NCBI GenBank assembly: GCA_000004985.1
Contig: GG739557.1
Length of the DNA stretch: 1,105 nt
Origin: Naegleria gruberi
Lineage: Eukaryota
Direction: 5' to 3' (one strand)
This document shows positions 1-1,105 of this stretch, piece by piece (the stretch's first letter is position 1; every line of letters starts with the position of its first letter). The notes beneath the pieces were generated by a model that worked only from the letters and a program-made list of their open reading frames with translations, did no database searches and had not been told where the DNA came from. A program made the position numbers and the translations under genes.

Positions 1-662
1 ATAACAACGTCAATTAGTTCCAATTTTTTCAAATTTGGATATTCTAAATTAGCAACAACTGGTTTCCTAATTTTGAACATACGTCCATACGTTTTAGGAC
101 CATCAATTGTCAAGGAAACAAGCTGTGCTTTAATTGAATGATCACCTGTTTTTGCATTATTAAATTCATTTTCAATTTTCAATTCTACTAAATTAGGTAA
201 TGACAATTTGCTATTCATTAATTCATGACAAATTGAATTATCAGATAATTTAGATCTTCTGATATCAAGAGATTTTAAATTTGAAAATTGATTAATAATA
301 AACCGCAATTCATCAATAGGAACAACACATTTTAAATATTGTAAACTTGTTCTTAAATTTTCAACAATTTCCAATGTTGCTTGAGAAACTGGGTTTTCAC
401 CAAATTCCAATTTATCTACAAGTAGCTGCTGCCGATCAATTTCAAATAATGCATTATTAATAAATGTTGATGATTTTGCACCTTTAAATTCAACATTAAA
501 TTTCGTTTTGGTGAGCGATAGAAACTTCCACTTTTTACAAACGATAGAAAGTGTTAGGAGGCGGAATTTTGAATGGAGGAAGGAAAATATTTCTAACAAC
601 ATTTCTGTTGGTAATTGATCAGTTAAATCGTGGCTGTGATGACACGATGTAAGAATTGACAT
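1..662 (-). CDS. F-box/LRR-repeat protein (FBXL-like), 5' partial: N-terminus in window, C-terminus beyond left edge
   Basis: Minus-strand frame with ATG at plus 660-662 (context AAAAAAATGTCA), in-frame TAA at plus 678-680 six codons upstream. 220 sense codons with no stop down to position 3, in ~70% AT DNA where random frames close quickly. Translation: MSILTSCHHSHDLTDQLPTEMLLEIFSFLHSKFRLLTLSIVCKKWKFLSLTKTKFNVEFKGAKSSTFINNALFEIDRQQLLVDKLEFGENPVSQATLEIVENLRTSLQYLKCVVPIDELRFIINQFSNLKSLDIRRSKLSDNSICHELMNSKLSLPNLVELKIENEFNNAKTGDHSIKAQLVSLTIDGPKTYGRMFKIRKPVVANLEYPNLKKLELIDVV... Residues ~17-48 match the F-box consensus LPxEILxxIFsxLxxxdLxxlxxVCKrWrxL. Downstream segments FSNLKSLDIRRSKLSDNSI, LSLPNLVELKIEN and YPNLKKLELIDVV fit the LxxLxLxxxxLxD LRR pattern. 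The supplied ORF track missed it because there is no stop codon inside the window. Confidence 0.85.
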   Translation of the reverse strand, partial: MSILTSCHHSHDLTDQLPTEMLLEIFSFLHSKFRLLTLSIVCKKWKFLSLTKTKFNVEFKGAKSSTFINNALFEIDRQQLLVDKLEFGENPVSQATLEIVENLRTSLQYLKCVVPIDELRFIINQFSNLKSLDIRRSKLSDNSICHELMNSKLSLPNLVELKIENEFNNAKTGDHSIKAQLVSLTIDGPKTYGRMFKIRKPVVANLEYPNLKKLELIDVV

Positions 663-693
663 TTTTTTAAGTGGCGTTTAATGTTCGATTTAG

Positions 694-705
694 GAAATCG
701 ATTTC
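694..705. promoter_or_regulatory. 12-bp perfect palindrome GAAATCGATTTC in the 5' leader or promoter of the F-box gene, with an extra half-site TCGATTT at 685-691
   Basis: Plus 694-705 gaaatcgatttc is its own reverse complement. It is centred ~38 nt upstream of the ATG at 660-662. A 13-bp-spaced repeat of TCGATTT (685-691 and 698-704) gives 1.5 copies of the half-site. This is the geometry of a dimeric DNA-binding-protein site, but no factor is identified. Confidence 0.25.
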
Positions 706-764
706 ATAAGAAGAACAGAAAATGAAGGAGTAAATGATTGCAATCTTCCCAAGATTTACTGTTG

Positions 765-770
765 TTTATA
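765..770 (-). promoter_or_regulatory. TATAAA box ~105 nt upstream of the F-box gene ATG (eukaryotic reading)
   Basis: Minus strand reads CACTTATAAACAAC (reverse complement of plus 761-772). The distance to the ATG fits a Pol II TATA element in compact AT-rich eukaryotic genomes. It is a single hexamer in AT-rich DNA, so support is weak. Confidence 0.2.
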
Positions 771-883
771 AGTGACTGGCAAAAGTCTTTCTCTTTATAC
801 CAAGAATATTGGAGCTTGATGCAGAGACTGAGGTTGTGCTTGGAGTTGGTTCTTTCTTCTTTTCAGCTGATTGCTGCATTCAT

Positions 884-895
884 TCTCTGCAGAGA
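884..895. repeat. 12-bp perfect palindrome TCTCTGCAGAGA inside a moderately GC-enriched spacer segment
   Basis: Plus 884-895 tctctgcagaga equals its reverse complement, flanked by AGATCT (893-898) and with CAGCTG at 865-870. It lies within 811-910, which is ~45% GC against ~30% in the adjacent coding sequence. Confidence 0.3.
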
Positions 896-912
896 TCTGT
901 TCGAGTCTTAGT

Positions 913-931
913 AAAAATTGGCGCAACAAAA
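913..931 (-). terminator. Oligo-T tract 3' of the tRNA (T4 at +8..+11, T5 at +23..+27 on the tRNA strand). RNA polymerase III terminator-like
   Basis: tRNA-strand sequence after G73: ATAATTATTTTGTTGCGCCAATTTTTAC. T4 corresponds to plus 928-931 (aaaa) and T5 to plus 913-917 (aaaaa). There is no convincing GC hairpin before the T-runs (only a 3-bp TTG/CAA stem), so this looks more like a Pol III terminator than a rho-independent one. Confidence 0.35.
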
Positions 932-938
932 TAATTAT

Positions 939-1011
939 CTCCCCCTGGTGGGCTCGAACCACCGACCTGCAGATTAACAGTCTGACGCTCTACCGACTGA
1001 GCTAAGGGGGA
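939..1011 (-). tRNA. tRNA-Asn (anticodon GUU), 73 nt, CCA not encoded
   Basis: Reverse complement of 939-1011 is TCCCCCT-TA-GCTC-AGTCGGTA-GAGC-G-TCAGA-CTGTTAA-TCTGC-AGGTC-GGTGG-TTCGAGC-CCACC-AGGGGGA-G. Acceptor stem 7/7 bp (U1-A72). D-stem GCTC/GAGC with G18G19 in the D-loop. Anticodon loop CU-GUU-AA has U33, anticodon GTT and A37. 5-nt variable loop. T-arm GGTGG/TTCGAGC/CCACC. Discriminator G73. A-box-like TAGCTCAGTCGG and B-box-like GGTTCGAGCCC are present. One non-canonical pair U27.C43 in the anticodon stem. Body resembles Lys(UUU)/Asn-type tRNAs. Confidence 0.9.
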
Positions 1012-1020
1012 TCGCGGTAG

Positions 1021-1050
1021 TTTATAAATGATTAAATAATTGTTGCTCAA
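1021..1050 (-). promoter_or_regulatory. Candidate promoter elements upstream of the tRNA: TTGAGC (-39..-34), 18-nt spacer, TATAAA (-15..-10)
   Basis: Minus-strand sequence CACTATTTGAGCAACAATTATTTAATCATTTATAAACTACCGCGA precedes tRNA position 1. TTGAGC matches TTGACA in 4 of 6 positions and TATAAA matches TATAAT in 5 of 6, which would place a bacterial-type start ~4 nt before the mature 5' end. On a eukaryotic reading the TATAAA could be an upstream TATA-like element, though it sits closer than the usual -30. AT-rich DNA yields such matches by chance. Confidence 0.2.
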
Positions 1051-1105
1051 ATAGTGTAAATGGCCTGTCCAAGAATACCACAATTTACCATTCCTTAGTA
1101 GCATG

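Noticed and set aside
819-911. 30-codon plus-strand ORF MQRLRLCLELVLSSFQLIAAFILCRDLFES in the spacer
   Set aside because: It is very short and has no ribosome-binding or Kozak context. Its codon usage is unlike the neighbouring gene, and it lies in the tRNA 3' flank. It is kept only as part of the GC-island observation, not called as a CDS.
911-938. Possible rho-independent terminator hairpin (TTGGCGCAA) between the T-runs after the tRNA
   Set aside because: Only a 3-bp stem (TTG/CAA) around a CGC loop is possible, which is far too weak. The T-runs are better explained as a Pol III-type oligo-T terminator or simply as AT-rich flank.
800-938. Direct repeat of the tRNA 3' end (att-site duplication) within the spacer
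   Set aside because: Only a loose resemblance exists (tggagcttga at 810-819 versus tgggctcgaa at 948-957). No convincing 15-20-bp repeat of the tRNA 3' end occurs inside the window. A true attR, if any, would lie outside it.
939-1011. Organellar (plastid or mitochondrial) origin of the tRNA
   Set aside because: The sequence differs substantially from the conserved plastid trnN-GUU as I recall it. The neighbouring F-box/LRR gene is a nuclear-type or effector-type gene, not an organellar one.
880-1104. Supplied 74-aa minus-strand ORF (MLLRNGKLWYSWTGHLHYLSNNYLIIYKLPRSPLAQSVERQTVNLQVGGSSPPGGDNYFVAPIFTKTRTDLCRE)
   Set aside because: It runs through the tRNA-Asn gene on the same strand. The stretch SPLAQSVERQTVNLQVGGSSPPGG is simply the tRNA sequence read as codons. 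No independent coding signal supports it, so it is a six-frame artefact.
1-1105. CRISPR array, rRNA, IS element or transposase, or tandem repeats
   Set aside because: No spaced direct repeats, no rRNA-like conserved blocks, no terminal inverted repeats and no transposase-like ORF are visible. The only repeats are the short palindromes listed above.

Overview
This 1,105-bp window is AT-rich overall (roughly 30% GC in the coding part). Both genes lie on the minus strand. (1) Positions 1-662, minus strand: the 5' part of a protein-coding gene. ATG is at 660-662, an in-frame TAA stop lies 6 codons upstream, and the frame stays open for 220 codons and runs off the left edge of the window. The N-terminus carries a near-textbook F-box motif (LPTEMLLEIFSFLHSKFRLLTLSIVCKKWKFL), followed by leucine-rich-repeat-like segments, so this is an F-box/LRR (FBXL-type) protein. 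(2) Positions 939-1011, minus strand: a 73-nt tRNA-Asn (anticodon GUU) with a clean cloverleaf, no encoded CCA, and T4/T5 runs immediately 3' of it. (3) The 277-bp spacer between them (663-938) contains a 12-bp perfect palindrome GAAATCGATTTC about 38 nt upstream of the ATG. It also holds a moderately GC-enriched island (~810-930) with a second 12-bp palindrome. The supplied ORF (880..1104, minus) is an artefact: it reads straight through the tRNA gene. No CRISPR array, rRNA or recognisable transposon is present. I cannot fix the source domain from the sequence alone. The Kozak-like AAAAAAATG start, the F-box architecture and the oligo-T tract after the tRNA fit an AT-rich eukaryote. The U1-A72 acceptor pair and a -35/-10-like pair upstream of the tRNA would also fit an AT-rich host-associated bacterium. 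On the bacterial reading this would be a eukaryote-like F-box effector gene sitting next to a tRNA integration hotspot.
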